IMG/VR virus record: IMGVR_UViG_3300036985_007703
Span: 32,001-96,000 of that record
Reading direction: 5' to 3' (one strand)
DNA length: 64,000 nt
From: a virus
Part shown: positions 1-8,771 of the stretch, one piece after another
Position numbering within the stretch: the first letter of the stretch is position 1
Layout: each line of letters begins with the position of its first letter
The notes under the pieces: generated by a model
The model's input: the letters and a program-made list of their open reading frames with translations, nothing else
What the model was told of the DNA's origin: nothing
Databases searched by the model: none
Translations under genes and position numbers: made by a program

Positions 1-90
1 GACCCCGCGCGCCTTCAGCCCGTCCGTCAACAGCTCCACGGCCTCCTGCAGGGAGAGGCGGTAGACCCGCGCTTCGCGCACCTCAGCCAT
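1..90 (-). CDS. Hypothetical protein, N-terminal part (runs off window)
   Basis: ATG at 90 overlapping the end of the upstream gene; reads MAEVREARVYRLSLQEAVELLTDGLKARGV with no stop before the edge. Confidence 0.5.
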   Translation of the reverse strand, partial: MAEVREARVYRLSLQEAVELLTDGLKARGV

Positions 91-523
91 CGGCGTCCTC
101 CAGCCCGAGGAAGCCCTCGACGCCCGCCAGCCCGAGGCACGCGGGGCACGTATCGAGCGCCCACGCGGGGCTCCGCCACACCCGCAGGCACGCGGGGCAC
201 GCCGCGGGGTGCCAGGCGTAGCTCAGCGCCTCCGCCATCGCCTTGCGCATCGCCATCGAGGTCTTGTTGAACGGGATCACCTCGACGGTGGGGTGCGCCG
301 CCACGTGGGCCGGGGCCCGGAGCCGATCCACCACCTCCTCGGCCGCCCGACGATGCGCCGCCTGGACCACCACGAGCGGTTGGTCCCCCGCCACCGCCAC
401 GTACCGGGTGACCCGCACCATGGGGACGATGAGCGCCTCTGGCGGCACCACCATCGGTTGCGCCCCCACAAACACGTCGATCATCGGCGAGATGCGCGGA
501 GTCTTGGATTTCTTCTTGGCCAT
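83..523 (-). CDS. Hypothetical protein with C-terminal Zn-ribbon (CPAC...CPAC)
   Basis: 146 aa; CPACLRVWRSPAWALDTCPAC; coupled to neighbours. Confidence 0.7.
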   Translation of the reverse strand: MAKKKSKTPRISPMIDVFVGAQPMVVPPEALIVPMVRVTRYVAVAGDQPLVVVQAAHRRAAEEVVDRLRAPAHVAAHPTVEVIPFNKTSMAMRKAMAEALSYAWHPAACPACLRVWRSPAWALDTCPACLGLAGVEGFLGLEDADG

Positions 524-524
524 C

Positions 525-1166
525 TCAGTACATCCCCTCCGCCGCCTTGGCCTTGGCCCGCACCTCGACCGCCTTGTCCAGCGAGGGCAGCGGGGCAGGC
601 GGCGCCTCGTAGGCCCGCGCCTTGAGCACGCGCTGCTCCTCCGTCGCCGTGTCCAGCATCCGCGCGAGGTCCGCGAGGTTCGCCTGGTCGCTCAGCGCCT
701 CGGGGTCGGGGTCCTCCCCGAGGGACCCCGGCAGGGCCGCCACGCTCGTCGCCGCGGGGCGCCCCCCCACGTACCCCGGCCGGTCGATCGGCGGGGCCGT
801 CAGCGCGGGGCTCGCCGCCGCCGCGAGGGCGTCCCGCTGCGCCACCAGCAGCTTGAGGAGGTCGCGCACGTCCGCGAGGTCCCCCCGCAGCTCGGTGAGC
901 TGCCCATCCACGTAGGTCACGCGCTCCCGGAGCACGGCGTAGGCCGTCTCCGCCTTGGCGTCCGCCACGTCCGCCTTGGCGTCCGCCCCGCTCAGAAACG
1001 CGAGGTTGCCCGGCACCAGGGCCGCGAGCAGCAGCAGCGCCTTGCCCGCCAGGAGGAGCCACGCGCGCTTCGTCCGCGCCGCCGGGGCCTGGCTCGCGGG
1101 GCCCGCCCCCGCCACGGTCTCCGCCGCCGCGTCCACTGTCTTCTGCACGTCATCCGCGAGCGTCAT
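525..1166 (-). CDS. Membrane-anchored coiled-coil protein
   Basis: GAGGAG RBS before ATG 1166 (MTLADDV); hydrophobic stretch AWLLLAGKALLLLAALVPG then heptad-like segment. Confidence 0.65.
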   Translation of the reverse strand: MTLADDVQKTVDAAAETVAGAGPASQAPAARTKRAWLLLAGKALLLLAALVPGNLAFLSGADAKADVADAKAETAYAVLRERVTYVDGQLTELRGDLADVRDLLKLLVAQRDALAAAASPALTAPPIDRPGYVGGRPAATSVAALPGSLGEDPDPEALSDQANLADLARMLDTATEEQRVLKARAYEAPPAPLPSLDKAVEVRAKAKAAEGMY

Positions 1167-1228
1167 GGTCCGTCTCCTCTCGGGGCTCCAGTAGCCCACC
1201 GTGCATATCCCCATCGGCGTGATCCCCA

Positions 1229-1576
1229 CTAGGGCATCACGGGCAAGGGCTGCCCACAAGTCGGGCAGCACCGGGCGCCCAGCCGGCAATCCACGCAGGT
1301 CTCGATCGCCCAGGGCTCACAGGTGTGCACCTTGCCGCAGGCCGGGCACGGCGCCTCGTAGTTCACCAGATCGTGCTGCGCCGCGACCTCCGCCTTCCGC
1401 TCCGCCGACATCTCCGTGTAGTCCTCGAACCGCGTCACGGGCATCACCGTGTAGGGCGGGATCGCCACGGCCCGCAGCCAGGACTGCGCCTCCGCGGGCG
1501 TGGTCCCGATCCCCGCCGCCGTGGTGCCGTCCTCGAAGGTAAACAAGATCATGTGCAGCTGATTGTCATCATACAT
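1229..1576 (-). CDS. Hypothetical Cys-rich Zn-ribbon protein
   Basis: AAGGAGG RBS; CPACGKVHTCEPWAIETCVDC...CCPTC. Confidence 0.7.
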   Translation of the reverse strand: MYDDNQLHMILFTFEDGTTAAGIGTTPAEAQSWLRAVAIPPYTVMPVTRFEDYTEMSAERKAEVAAQHDLVNYEAPCPACGKVHTCEPWAIETCVDCRLGARCCPTCGQPLPVMP

Positions 1577-1585
1577 GGGTCCTCC

Positions 1586-1885
1586 TTAGGCCTCTGTGGG
1601 CCCCACGCGGTCCACGGGGCGCATCCCAATGCAGAACGCCATCTCGCCCGTGGAGCCGTGGCGCTCGATATACCATTCCGCGTAGGCCGTGTGCGGGGGC
1701 ACCCCCGCGCACTCCCCGAGGTCCGCCGCGAAGCGGCACCCCGGCCCCGTGCAGAACCGCGCCAGCTGATCCGGGCGATAGGCGGGGTGCCAGACCCGCG
1801 CGGGGCCCCACGTCAGGCCCATCCCGCAGTCCGGGCACTCCCAGCGCAGGGCCGCCTCCACGCGGACCTTCGTCGCATCCTTCAT
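1586..1885 (-). CDS. Hypothetical Zn-finger protein
   Basis: Start reassigned to ATG 1885 (ATGA overlap); ECPDCG...FCTGPGC. Confidence 0.6.
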   Translation of the reverse strand: MKDATKVRVEAALRWECPDCGMGLTWGPARVWHPAYRPDQLARFCTGPGCRFAADLGECAGVPPHTAYAEWYIERHGSTGEMAFCIGMRPVDRVGPTEA

Positions 1886-2211
1886 CGCGGGGGGCCCTCC
1901 GGGGGCGGATCCCCCAGGCCGCCCTGCGCGAACCCCCGTGCATCCTCCTCGCGGGTGATGTCGTCCAGCACCTGCTGGGCCAAGCTCCCCCGCGGGGGTT
2001 CCAGCGGGGGCACCGCCATCTCGGGGCGCGCCGCGCAGTACCGAGACACGGCCTCGACCAGGCGCGCCTGCGCCCACACGCTGTTGGGGTCCATCAGCAG
2101 CTCGGTGAACCGATACGACACGGGCCGCGCCTTGGGGTCCCCGTCCGCGCTCAGCTCCTCGATGTCCCCCCCGTGGGCCCGCATCCACCGCATCGCTTCC
2201 TCGTAGGTCAT
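1882..2211 (-). CDS. Hypothetical protein
   Basis: GGAGGAG RBS, ATG 2211 (MTYEEAMRWMR) overlapping upstream stop. Confidence 0.6.
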   Translation of the reverse strand: MTYEEAMRWMRAHGGDIEELSADGDPKARPVSYRFTELLMDPNSVWAQARLVEAVSRYCAARPEMAVPPLEPPRGSLAQQVLDDITREEDARGFAQGGLGDPPPEGPPR

Positions 2212-2810
2212 GTGTTCTCCTCCGTCGGCCACGCCGACGAGATCTGCAGGGGCACATAGGGGTAAAAGATGGTCCCCGGCAGCAGCCCCGGCGGGAGCAC
2301 CAGGGGCGAGGGGACCTGCGAGTGGTGCAGCTCCGTGGTCACGAGCGTGACCTCCCCCGCCACGCGCACCGCCAGCGGCGCATCGGGGTCCCAGCACCAG
2401 CTCGCCGCGGTCAGCGCCACGTGGTCGCTCGCCACCGCGGCCTCGTACCGATCCCACGCCTGCCAGTTGCCCCCCGTGAGGTCGGGGCGGTCGAGGCCAT
2501 CGAACTGCGCCACCACCGCGGTGCAGAGCTGCGGCGGCGCCTTCATGCGCGCCTCCACCCAGGGGCGGAAGCGCTCGTCGTACAGGCGGATGGCGCCGAG
2601 CACGATCTCCGCGCTGCTCAGGCCGGCCCGCGCCGCGTGGTCGGCCGCCTGCGCCAGGGGCACCTCGTCGATCATCAGCTCCCGCCGGCCCTGCGGGTAG
2701 GCGCACACGATCCGCGTGAGGCGCACCGCGCAGGCCTCCGCCACCGCCTGCACCCAGCCCCCCGGCACGGCCGCGTCCCGGAGGCTCACCCGGTACCGCG
2801 TGGCGTTCAT
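2208..2810 (-). CDS. Hypothetical protein
   Basis: GGAGG RBS, ATG 2810 (MNATRYRVSL), ATGA overlap. Confidence 0.6.
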   Translation of the reverse strand: MNATRYRVSLRDAAVPGGWVQAVAEACAVRLTRIVCAYPQGRRELMIDEVPLAQAADHAARAGLSSAEIVLGAIRLYDERFRPWVEARMKAPPQLCTAVVAQFDGLDRPDLTGGNWQAWDRYEAAVASDHVALTAASWCWDPDAPLAVRVAGEVTLVTTELHHSQVPSPLVLPPGLLPGTIFYPYVPLQISSAWPTEENT

Positions 2811-3511
2811 AGCGTCACCTCCTGGTGCCGCGCGCACCGCGCCCACGCCGCCGGGGTCAGGCCCCGGTAGAGGTCCGCCCACACCGTGGCCTCCACCACG
2901 TCAGCGGGGGGCTCCCCGTTGACCAGCGCAACGGCCCCGTCATCCAGCACCACGTCCCACCCGAAGCTGTGGTAGGCCGCGACGACCTTCTGGTGGAACG
3001 CCCGCTCCTCGAACCGATCCGGGGCCCCCCCGCGGGCCTGCACGCGCTGCCAGAACACCTCGGCCGGCCCATCCAGGACGTACGTCATGTCCGGCGCCAC
3101 CCACCACGGGACCTCGGGCGCCCCGTACCCGCGCGGCACCCCGGCCATCACCTCGCGCGCCAGGCCCTGCATCCGCTCCCGGTGCCCCTCCTCGGAGATC
3201 CCCTGGTAGACCACCGTGGAGTGGAAGAAGCGGTCGCAGACCACGACCACGCCCCGCCGCAGCAGGGGGCGGATCACGTGCTCCACGTGCCAGCAGCGGT
3301 CCGCCGCGAAGGCGTGCGCGAGCCCCCGCCAGCTCAGGTGCTCCCCGCCCCGCAGGTACTCCCGCAGGGGGCGCCCGAACGGCCCGTTCGTGGGCTCCGC
3401 CGTGCGCTGCGCCGCGACCCCCATGCCCCGCAGCCGGGCCACGAGCCGGTCCGCCTGCGTCGTGGTCCCCGCGCCGTCCGCGCCCTCGAACACGATGAAC
3501 GGCGCTCTCAT
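2807..3511 (-). CDS. tmk: Thymidylate kinase (dTMP kinase)
   Basis: FIVFEGADGAGTTTQ P-loop, TAEPT, FAADR, VVCDRF, PD-x-T and DRFE motifs. Confidence 0.9.
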   Translation of the reverse strand: MRAPFIVFEGADGAGTTTQADRLVARLRGMGVAAQRTAEPTNGPFGRPLREYLRGGEHLSWRGLAHAFAADRCWHVEHVIRPLLRRGVVVVCDRFFHSTVVYQGISEEGHRERMQGLAREVMAGVPRGYGAPEVPWWVAPDMTYVLDGPAEVFWQRVQARGGAPDRFEERAFHQKVVAAYHSFGWDVVLDDGAVALVNGEPPADVVEATVWADLYRGLTPAAWARCARHQEVTL

Positions 3512-4203
3512 GACACCGCCCCCTCGGGCACGACCCCGAGGATGTCCACCTCGCTGAAGAGCAGGTCCCCGCTCCCCCGCTTGGCGCGGACCACGTGCGC
3601 GTAGGTCAAGGCGTGGATCTGCTGGTCCTGCGGGCCCTCCACGAGGCCCCGCCGCATCCGCAGCACGCAGAGGCGCCCCGCCGCGCCCGCCGCCAGGCTC
3701 TCCTGCGCCCACGCCTCCAGCGCCGCATCAGCCGCGCCGTGGGGGATGCGGTGCAACGTCACGCAGCGCTGCCCCGCGCTCCGCGTGGGGCCCATCAGCG
3801 GCACCTCGGCGAAGTGGATGCCCCCCACGGGGATCCACGCCTCCCAGGCCTCCCACCCCTCGAACGTCGCGACGCCCGCCGGGGCCAGCCCGAGGTCGAG
3901 GCGCGTGGGCACCGCGCTGGGCGCGACCCCCTCCCGGATGGGCCCCACCTCCGTCAGCTGCAGGGCCCACGTGCGCTCCCCGCGCCCCCCGAACCGCGCG
4001 GGGTCCACGCACGCGCACGCCGCGACCCGCGCCATCAGCCAGCGCCCCGTGTAGGCCGCCGCCCCGTGCTCCCACTCGCGGTACAGGATGTGGTCCCCCA
4101 CCAGGTAGTCCCGGTCCTCGCCGAACCGGATCTCCAGCGTCTTCGCCCCCCTGGCGATCTCGAGAAAATACGCGCGCCAGATCTTCAACTCGTGCGTGAT
4201 CAC
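3508..4203 (-). CDS. ASCH/DUF3850-family domain protein with C-terminal extension
   Basis: GTG 4203 overlapping MTase stop; HELKIWRAYFLEIARGAKTLEIR...DRDYLVGD.I..REW is the DUF3850/ASCH signature. Confidence 0.8.
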   Translation of the reverse strand: MITHELKIWRAYFLEIARGAKTLEIRFGEDRDYLVGDHILYREWEHGAAAYTGRWLMARVAACACVDPARFGGRGERTWALQLTEVGPIREGVAPSAVPTRLDLGLAPAGVATFEGWEAWEAWIPVGGIHFAEVPLMGPTRSAGQRCVTLHRIPHGAADAALEAWAQESLAAGAAGRLCVLRMRRGLVEGPQDQQIHALTYAHVVRAKRGSGDLLFSEVDILGVVPEGAVS

Positions 4204-5258
4204 AACGGCAATACCTCCTGCGCCAGCCGCCGCGCGGCCACCGCACAAAACTGCTCCTCGCGCTCGATCCCGATCACGCGGCGCCCCAGCTCCTTGGCCG
4301 CGCGCAGCGTGGTCCCGCTCCCCATGAACGGGTCGAGCACGAGGTCCCCCTTGTGGCTGCTCACGCGCACCATCTGCTGGATCAGCGGCAGGGGCTTCTG
4401 CGTGGGGTGCTGCCGGTCGGTCTCCCCGCCGAACCGCCAGACCTCCCCCCATTGGTCGTACTTCGTGAGGTTGAAGGGCCGGCGCAGGGCCTCGTACTCG
4501 CGCTTCAGCTCGTTGTACTCGCGGCGCAGCACGTCGGCCTCCCGCTGCAGCAGCGCGAGGTCGCGGTCCAGGGCGGGCTCCCCGTCCGCGGCCCGCGCCG
4601 CGTTGAACAGCTCGCGCAGGCGCAGGTAGTGGGCCTCCGTGGGGAGGGCCCACTGCGAGCTGCTGAACCAGTGCCCCGCCATGTTGGTGTTGAGGGCGCG
4701 GTTCACGTCCCCCCGCGAGAGCCCGGCCCGCGCGCGCTCCCCGTCGAGGTAGGCCCGGATGGGCTCGAAGATGCGCCCCCGCAGCTCGTCCTCGACCCGC
4801 GTGCGGTGCTCCTCGGCCCCCGGCCGGAGGCCCTCCCCGCGCTGCTCCGCGAAGACGATGCGCTCGTTGTTGCGCGTCCAGTAGGTCCGCAGCATCTCGA
4901 AGTCGACCTGGCCGTTGGCCCCCGGCTTCTGCCACGTGATGTTCGCCAGCACGTGGAACTGCGCCCGCATCGCCACATCGACCCGCGTCAGCATCTGCGG
5001 CGAGGTGAAGACGTAGAGGCTCCCCCGCAGCTCCAAGATGCCCCGCAGCAGGCCGAGCACCCCGTCGAGCCACGCGAGGAACGCGGCCTCCGTCTCCCAC
5101 TGGTTGTCCCAGTCCTCCTCGACGACCCCGCAATAGGGGGGGTCCGCGATGACGAGCTGCACGCTCGCCAGCTCCAGCTGCGGAAGCACCTCCTCGCAGG
5201 CCCCGCAGTAGATCGTGACCCCATTGCGCTCGTCGGCGTAGTACGGCGTCAGCGCCAT
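4200..5258 (-). CDS. DNA N6-adenine/N4-cytosine methyltransferase, beta class
   Basis: IADPPY catalytic motif near the N-terminus; HPTQKP...VLDPFMGSGTT...IGIE SAM-binding motif near the C-terminus. Confidence 0.92.
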   Translation of the reverse strand: MALTPYYADERNGVTIYCGACEEVLPQLELASVQLVIADPPYCGVVEEDWDNQWETEAAFLAWLDGVLGLLRGILELRGSLYVFTSPQMLTRVDVAMRAQFHVLANITWQKPGANGQVDFEMLRTYWTRNNERIVFAEQRGEGLRPGAEEHRTRVEDELRGRIFEPIRAYLDGERARAGLSRGDVNRALNTNMAGHWFSSSQWALPTEAHYLRLRELFNAARAADGEPALDRDLALLQREADVLRREYNELKREYEALRRPFNLTKYDQWGEVWRFGGETDRQHPTQKPLPLIQQMVRVSSHKGDLVLDPFMGSGTTLRAAKELGRRVIGIEREEQFCAVAARRLAQEVLPL

Positions 5259-5260
5259 CG

Positions 5261-6400
5261 TCAGAAGCCCTCCCAGAGCGCCCGCTGGCGGGGCTCCGCG
5301 GGGAGGCACCCCGGCGAGTACCAGATCGCCTCCTGGTCCTTCGTCTTGCTCGACCCATAGGTGGTCCGCAGGCGCTCCCATCCCACGCAGTCCCACCCCG
5401 GCAGGTCGTAGTCCCCGAGGTGCCCGCACAGCGCAACGCGGAGGTCCCCGTGCTCGCGGCACCACGCGATGACCCCCGCCACCACGCTGTCCGCGCGGTA
5501 GAGGTCCTCGTAGCCGTCATAGGGCGGGTCGAGGAACACCGCGGTCTCCTCCTTGCCATAGTGGCTGTTGAGGCAGCGGTCCCAGACCCCATGCACGACC
5601 CGCACGCGATTCAGGCGCGCCGCGAGCCGCCGCAGCCACTGCGCCGCCACCGCCCCGCTGGAGGTCCAGTGGTCGGGGCCCGCGCCGTCCTCGGCGATGT
5701 GCGTCTTCGAGGCGTAGCCCCGCCCCACGTCGTTGATCTGCGGGATCTGCCCCACGGCCTGCACGCCCCGCCCCGCGTTGCCCAGCAGGGGGACCTGGCC
5801 GCTCGCCTGCACGCCCCGCCCACAATCGTTGATCTGCGGGATCTTCCCGCTCGCCTGCACGCCCCGCCCCAGGTTGTTGACGTGCGGGATCTTGCCCCCC
5901 GCCTGCACCCCCATGCCGGGGCTGCTCAGGAAGGGGATCTGCCCGCCCTCCACCGCGTCGCCCATGGGCCGCGTGCGCCACCAGTCCGCCCAGCCGCTGC
6001 CGATCCAGCAGCACTGCCCCCACATCCACCACCCCGCGACCTGCGCGTCCCCCGGCCACTCCGGGTCCTGCAGGGCCGCCCCGAGGCGCTCGCGCTGCGC
6101 CATCAGCCAAACGTGCCGCGCCCCGAGGTCCACGTGGACCACCGGGTAGTCCGCCCACCGCGCGACCTCCGCGTGCTGGTTCACCACCGCCCGCCAGAAG
6201 TTCGCGATGAACCCGTTGGCGTCCCCGATGACCTCCAGCGCGGCCGGCCGCGGCGCCCCGAGGAGCATCGCCGCCGACCCGCAGAACGGCTCGATGTAGT
6301 GCTTGGGCCGCCCGAAGCGCGCCCAGACCTGCGTCACCACGTCCCGCTTGCCGCCGAAGTACGGAAAGGGGGCTACTAGGGGTTGTTCAACCACCGACAC
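5261..6400 (-). CDS. D12-class (Dam-like, alpha) DNA adenine methyltransferase
   Basis: PFPYFGGK, YIEPFCGSAA, FLDPPY motifs. Confidence 0.88.
   Translation of the reverse strand: MSVVEQPLVAPFPYFGGKRDVVTQVWARFGRPKHYIEPFCGSAAMLLGAPRPAALEVIGDANGFIANFWRAVVNQHAEVARWADYPVVHVDLGARHVWLMAQRERLGAALQDPEWPGDAQVAGWWMWGQCCWIGSGWADWWRTRPMGDAVEGGQIPFLSSPGMGVQAGGKIPHVNNLGRGVQASGKIPQINDCGRGVQASGQVPLLGNAGRGVQAVGQIPQINDVGRGYASKTHIAEDGAGPDHWTSSGAVAAQWLRRLAARLNRVRVVHGVWDRCLNSHYGKEETAVFLDPPYDGYEDLYRADSVVAGVIAWCREHGDLRVALCGHLGDYDLPGWDCVGWERLRTTYGSSKTKDQEAIWYSPGCLPAEPRQRALWEGF
5718..5944 (-). repeat. About five tandem 48-bp (16-aa) repeats inside the D12 MTase
   Basis: GQIPFLSSPGMGVQAG / GKIPHVNNLGRGVQAS / GKIPQINDCGRGVQAS / GQVPLLGNAGRGVQAV / GQIPQINDVGRG. 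Confidence 0.85.
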
Positions 6401-6415
6401 CTCCGGCCAACGCCA

Positions 6416-7219
6416 TCATCGCCGTCCCCGCGTCACGATGGCACCAGGCCCCGCCGCGAACAGCTCAAAGGCTATCGCATAGACCTGCCGCAGGAGGCCA
6501 GGGTGCTCGCCCGCATCCAGCGACTCCGCGAGGTCCAACACGCTCATCTCCGCGCGGTCCGCCCGCCGCTTGAGGTCCAGGTGGCAGCGGTCCCGCACCT
6601 CGCGATACAGGCGGTTCCAGGTCTCGCGGTAGTCCGCCCCCGTGAGCTGGCAGAACCCCCGCACCACCTGGTTGATCTGCATGCGCTCCGTCAGCTCCGG
6701 GGCCGGCAGGGCCGGTGCCGGGAGGGCCCGTAGCGCCTGATCGCCCGCCGCGGCGCGCGCCTCAATAGCGTCCACCCGCTGCGCCAACGCCGCCGTCTGG
6801 CGCTCCTGCTCAGCCAAGGCCTGCACCGACTCCAGCAACAGCTCGATCTGCGTCTTGGCCCGTCCCGCCACCGCGTATTGCCCCGTGCGCCGGATGCGCG
6901 GGAGCACCTCCCCCGCGATCCACTTCTGGAACGGCAGGGCCATCGGCTTGTCCGATCGGGCCAGGAAGAAATAGAGGCCCTGCTCGGAAAGGCAAAGGAT
7001 TTCCTGCACTCCGCCAGGGGTCGGTATTGGATACCGCCCCTTCCACTCCTCCGGGATGTGGTCCGTCATGCGCTTAGCGTTGTCTGCTGTCGATTCGGGA
7101 TACCCCAGGGCCAACGCGACATCTCGCGCCACCCACCAGGGCTCGCCCTCGATCAGCTCGACGCGCACCGCCCGTTGCTCAAAATCAAACACCTGCACCA
7201 CCGCTTGCTGCTCGCTCAT
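6416..7219 (-). CDS. BRO-N domain phage antirepressor-like protein
   Basis: FDFEQRAVRV...GEPWWVARDVALALGY...TPGGVQ...LSEQGLYFFLARSDKP.A.PFQKWIAGEVLPRIRRTGQY; coiled coil plus C-terminal domain. Confidence 0.92.
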   Translation of the reverse strand: MSEQQAVVQVFDFEQRAVRVELIEGEPWWVARDVALALGYPESTADNAKRMTDHIPEEWKGRYPIPTPGGVQEILCLSEQGLYFFLARSDKPMALPFQKWIAGEVLPRIRRTGQYAVAGRAKTQIELLLESVQALAEQERQTAALAQRVDAIEARAAAGDQALRALPAPALPAPELTERMQINQVVRGFCQLTGADYRETWNRLYREVRDRCHLDLKRRADRAEMSVLDLAESLDAGEHPGLLRQVYAIAFELFAAGPGAIVTRGRR

Positions 7220-7279
7220 CGCTCCGCTCCTGGGCCCTCGCCCGCAACCGTCAGCCGTTCAACCGTTCCACCGTACCAC

Positions 7280-7603
7280 TCACCGCCGCCGCACGAGCCA
7301 CGCGGGGATCCCCTCGGGGCCCACCGGGGCGGCTGGGGCCGCGCTCCGCCGCTGCGCCTGCACCTGCGCCAAGGCCTCGTCCAGCATCCGCAGGACCCCC
7401 TCGTGGGCCTCCACGAGCCCCTCCAGGCGCCGGCGCTCCGCCCGCAGCGCCCCGAGGTCCCGCGCGAGGCCCTCCGCGAGGCAGGGCCAGCAGCGGTGCT
7501 GTCCCTCCAGCAGGACAGCCGCGCGCCCCCCGCAGGCCCCGCACTCCTCCCCCCGCAGGCCTACCCGCGTCCACCGCGGGCACCCCTCCGTCAAGAAGCC
7601 CAT
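7280..7603 (-). CDS. Hypothetical protein (CxxC...CxxC plus coiled coil)
   Basis: GGAGG RBS; ECGAC...CWPC. Confidence 0.6.
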   Translation of the reverse strand: MGFLTEGCPRWTRVGLRGEECGACGGRAAVLLEGQHRCWPCLAEGLARDLGALRAERRRLEGLVEAHEGVLRMLDEALAQVQAQRRSAAPAAPVGPEGIPAWLVRRR

Positions 7604-7877
7604 GTTGTTGCCTCCCCCGCGCCATGCCGCGCGGCCCGCCGCCCCCCGCCGGGGGCCGGGTTCGCGGCCGGCACCCCCTCACGCATTGTCGTGGTTCCCC
7701 GCCCCCCCCGCTGTTCATCGCACCAAAACAAATCCATTGTGGCCCTGCGAGGGCCCTGCCAAGGGGAGCGCCCGTGAGTTGACAGGGGGCAGCAGGCCGC
7801 GCCGCACGCCGCGCCCCCACCCCGTCGCTGTGTCCACGTTCGCACCCGATCGGGCTACCACGGGGCCACCGTGTTTG

Positions 7878-8120
7878 TCAACTTTCATCCTCCTCCCCCG
7901 CACTTTCCCCCGCCGCGCCCCGCGCCACGAGCCGCACGCGCCCCCGCTGGGGCACCCACAACATCGCCGCCGCCTTGGCCCCCGCCCGCCGGTGCAGGCT
8001 CACCCACCAGCCCTCCTCCCCGTCCAGCGCCCCCCGCGTCACCTCCACGCGCAGCCCCACGAGGTCCGCCGCCATGCGGCGCACCACCCCCCAGCCCTCC
8101 CAGCCATCGCCCAAGAACAT
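7878..8120 (-). CDS. Hypothetical protein
   Basis: GAGGAGG RBS before ATG 8120 (MFLGDGWEG). Confidence 0.5.
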   Translation of the reverse strand: MFLGDGWEGWGVVRRMAADLVGLRVEVTRGALDGEEGWWVSLHRRAGAKAAAMLWVPQRGRVRLVARGAAGESAGEEDES

Positions 8121-8154
8121 CGACGCCTCCTCGCTCTCCGGCCTGCCCCGCCCC

Positions 8155-8165
8155 ATCCTACCACA
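8155..8165 (-). promoter_or_regulatory. Possible extended -10 promoter (TGnTAGGAT)
   Basis: Minus strand TGTGGTAGGAT, about 35 nt upstream of ATG 8120; no good -35. Confidence 0.35.
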
Positions 8166-8350
8166 GCCCGCCCCAGTTATCGCGCGAGACCCCCGCGCGG
8201 CTTCATCCGCCTCGGACCCCGCGCGCCATCGTCCCCTCTGGGCCGCCTGTCCCTCCCCCGAGCCCAGAGCCCAGAGCCAGTCCCCCATGTCTCATCCTCG
8301 TTCTCGTCTTAGATCTCGTGAGAAGACGCGCGGCTCTGCGCGCGCGGCGA

Positions 8351-8391
8351 AAACCCCCCGTAAGGGGGGTTTGAGCTAAGACCCGTAAGGG
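8351..8391. other. Two stem-loops with GTAA loops (terminator, structured RNA or DNA hairpin)
   Basis: AAACCCCCC-GTAA-GGGGGGTTT (8351-8372) and CCC-GTAA-GGG (8382-8391) in a non-coding region. Confidence 0.55.
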
Positions 8392-8503
8392 ACTCCGGAG
8401 ATCCACGCGCGCTCCAATCGCGCGAAGACGCCCCCGGATCGAACGCCCGTCATCATGCGCGAGATCAGCGGGGGAGCGCCACGCTCATGGAGATTCTCGA
8501 GGC

Positions 8504-8521
8504 TGCGTACGCGCGTACGCA
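8504..8521. promoter_or_regulatory. 18-bp palindrome, copy 1
   Basis: TGCGTACGCGCGTACGCA, perfect palindrome. Confidence 0.7.
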
Positions 8522-8771
8522 ACATCGAGGATGCACCTTAACTTTCTCCAGCATCTACGCGCAACCGTTGGCGAAATCCGCGCAGCGCGCGCTCCGCGTG
8601 CCACCTTGCCTTCTTGCCACTGCGTACGTCGGTCGGAGAATCTACATCAACGATGGCGATCAATCTCCACGTAATCTCGGGCCTTCGCGCCAGCGCGAGG
8701 GCCCACTGCATACGCAACATCGTGACTTTACATGAAGGATTGATCCTTAACCCCGCGCCGCACCAAGGGAA

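Noticed and set aside
525-1166. Spanin/holin call for the membrane coiled-coil protein
   Set aside because: No endolysin or lipoprotein partner nearby; left as hypothetical.
3508-5592. 694-aa ORF suggesting an MTase-ASCH fusion or frameshift
   Set aside because: Only the last ~230 aa look protein-like; a GTG overlapping the MTase stop explains it as a separate coupled gene.
8487-8735. 82-aa plus-strand ORF in the control region
   Set aside because: Opposite to all other genes, atypical codon usage, no recognisable motif; cannot be supported.
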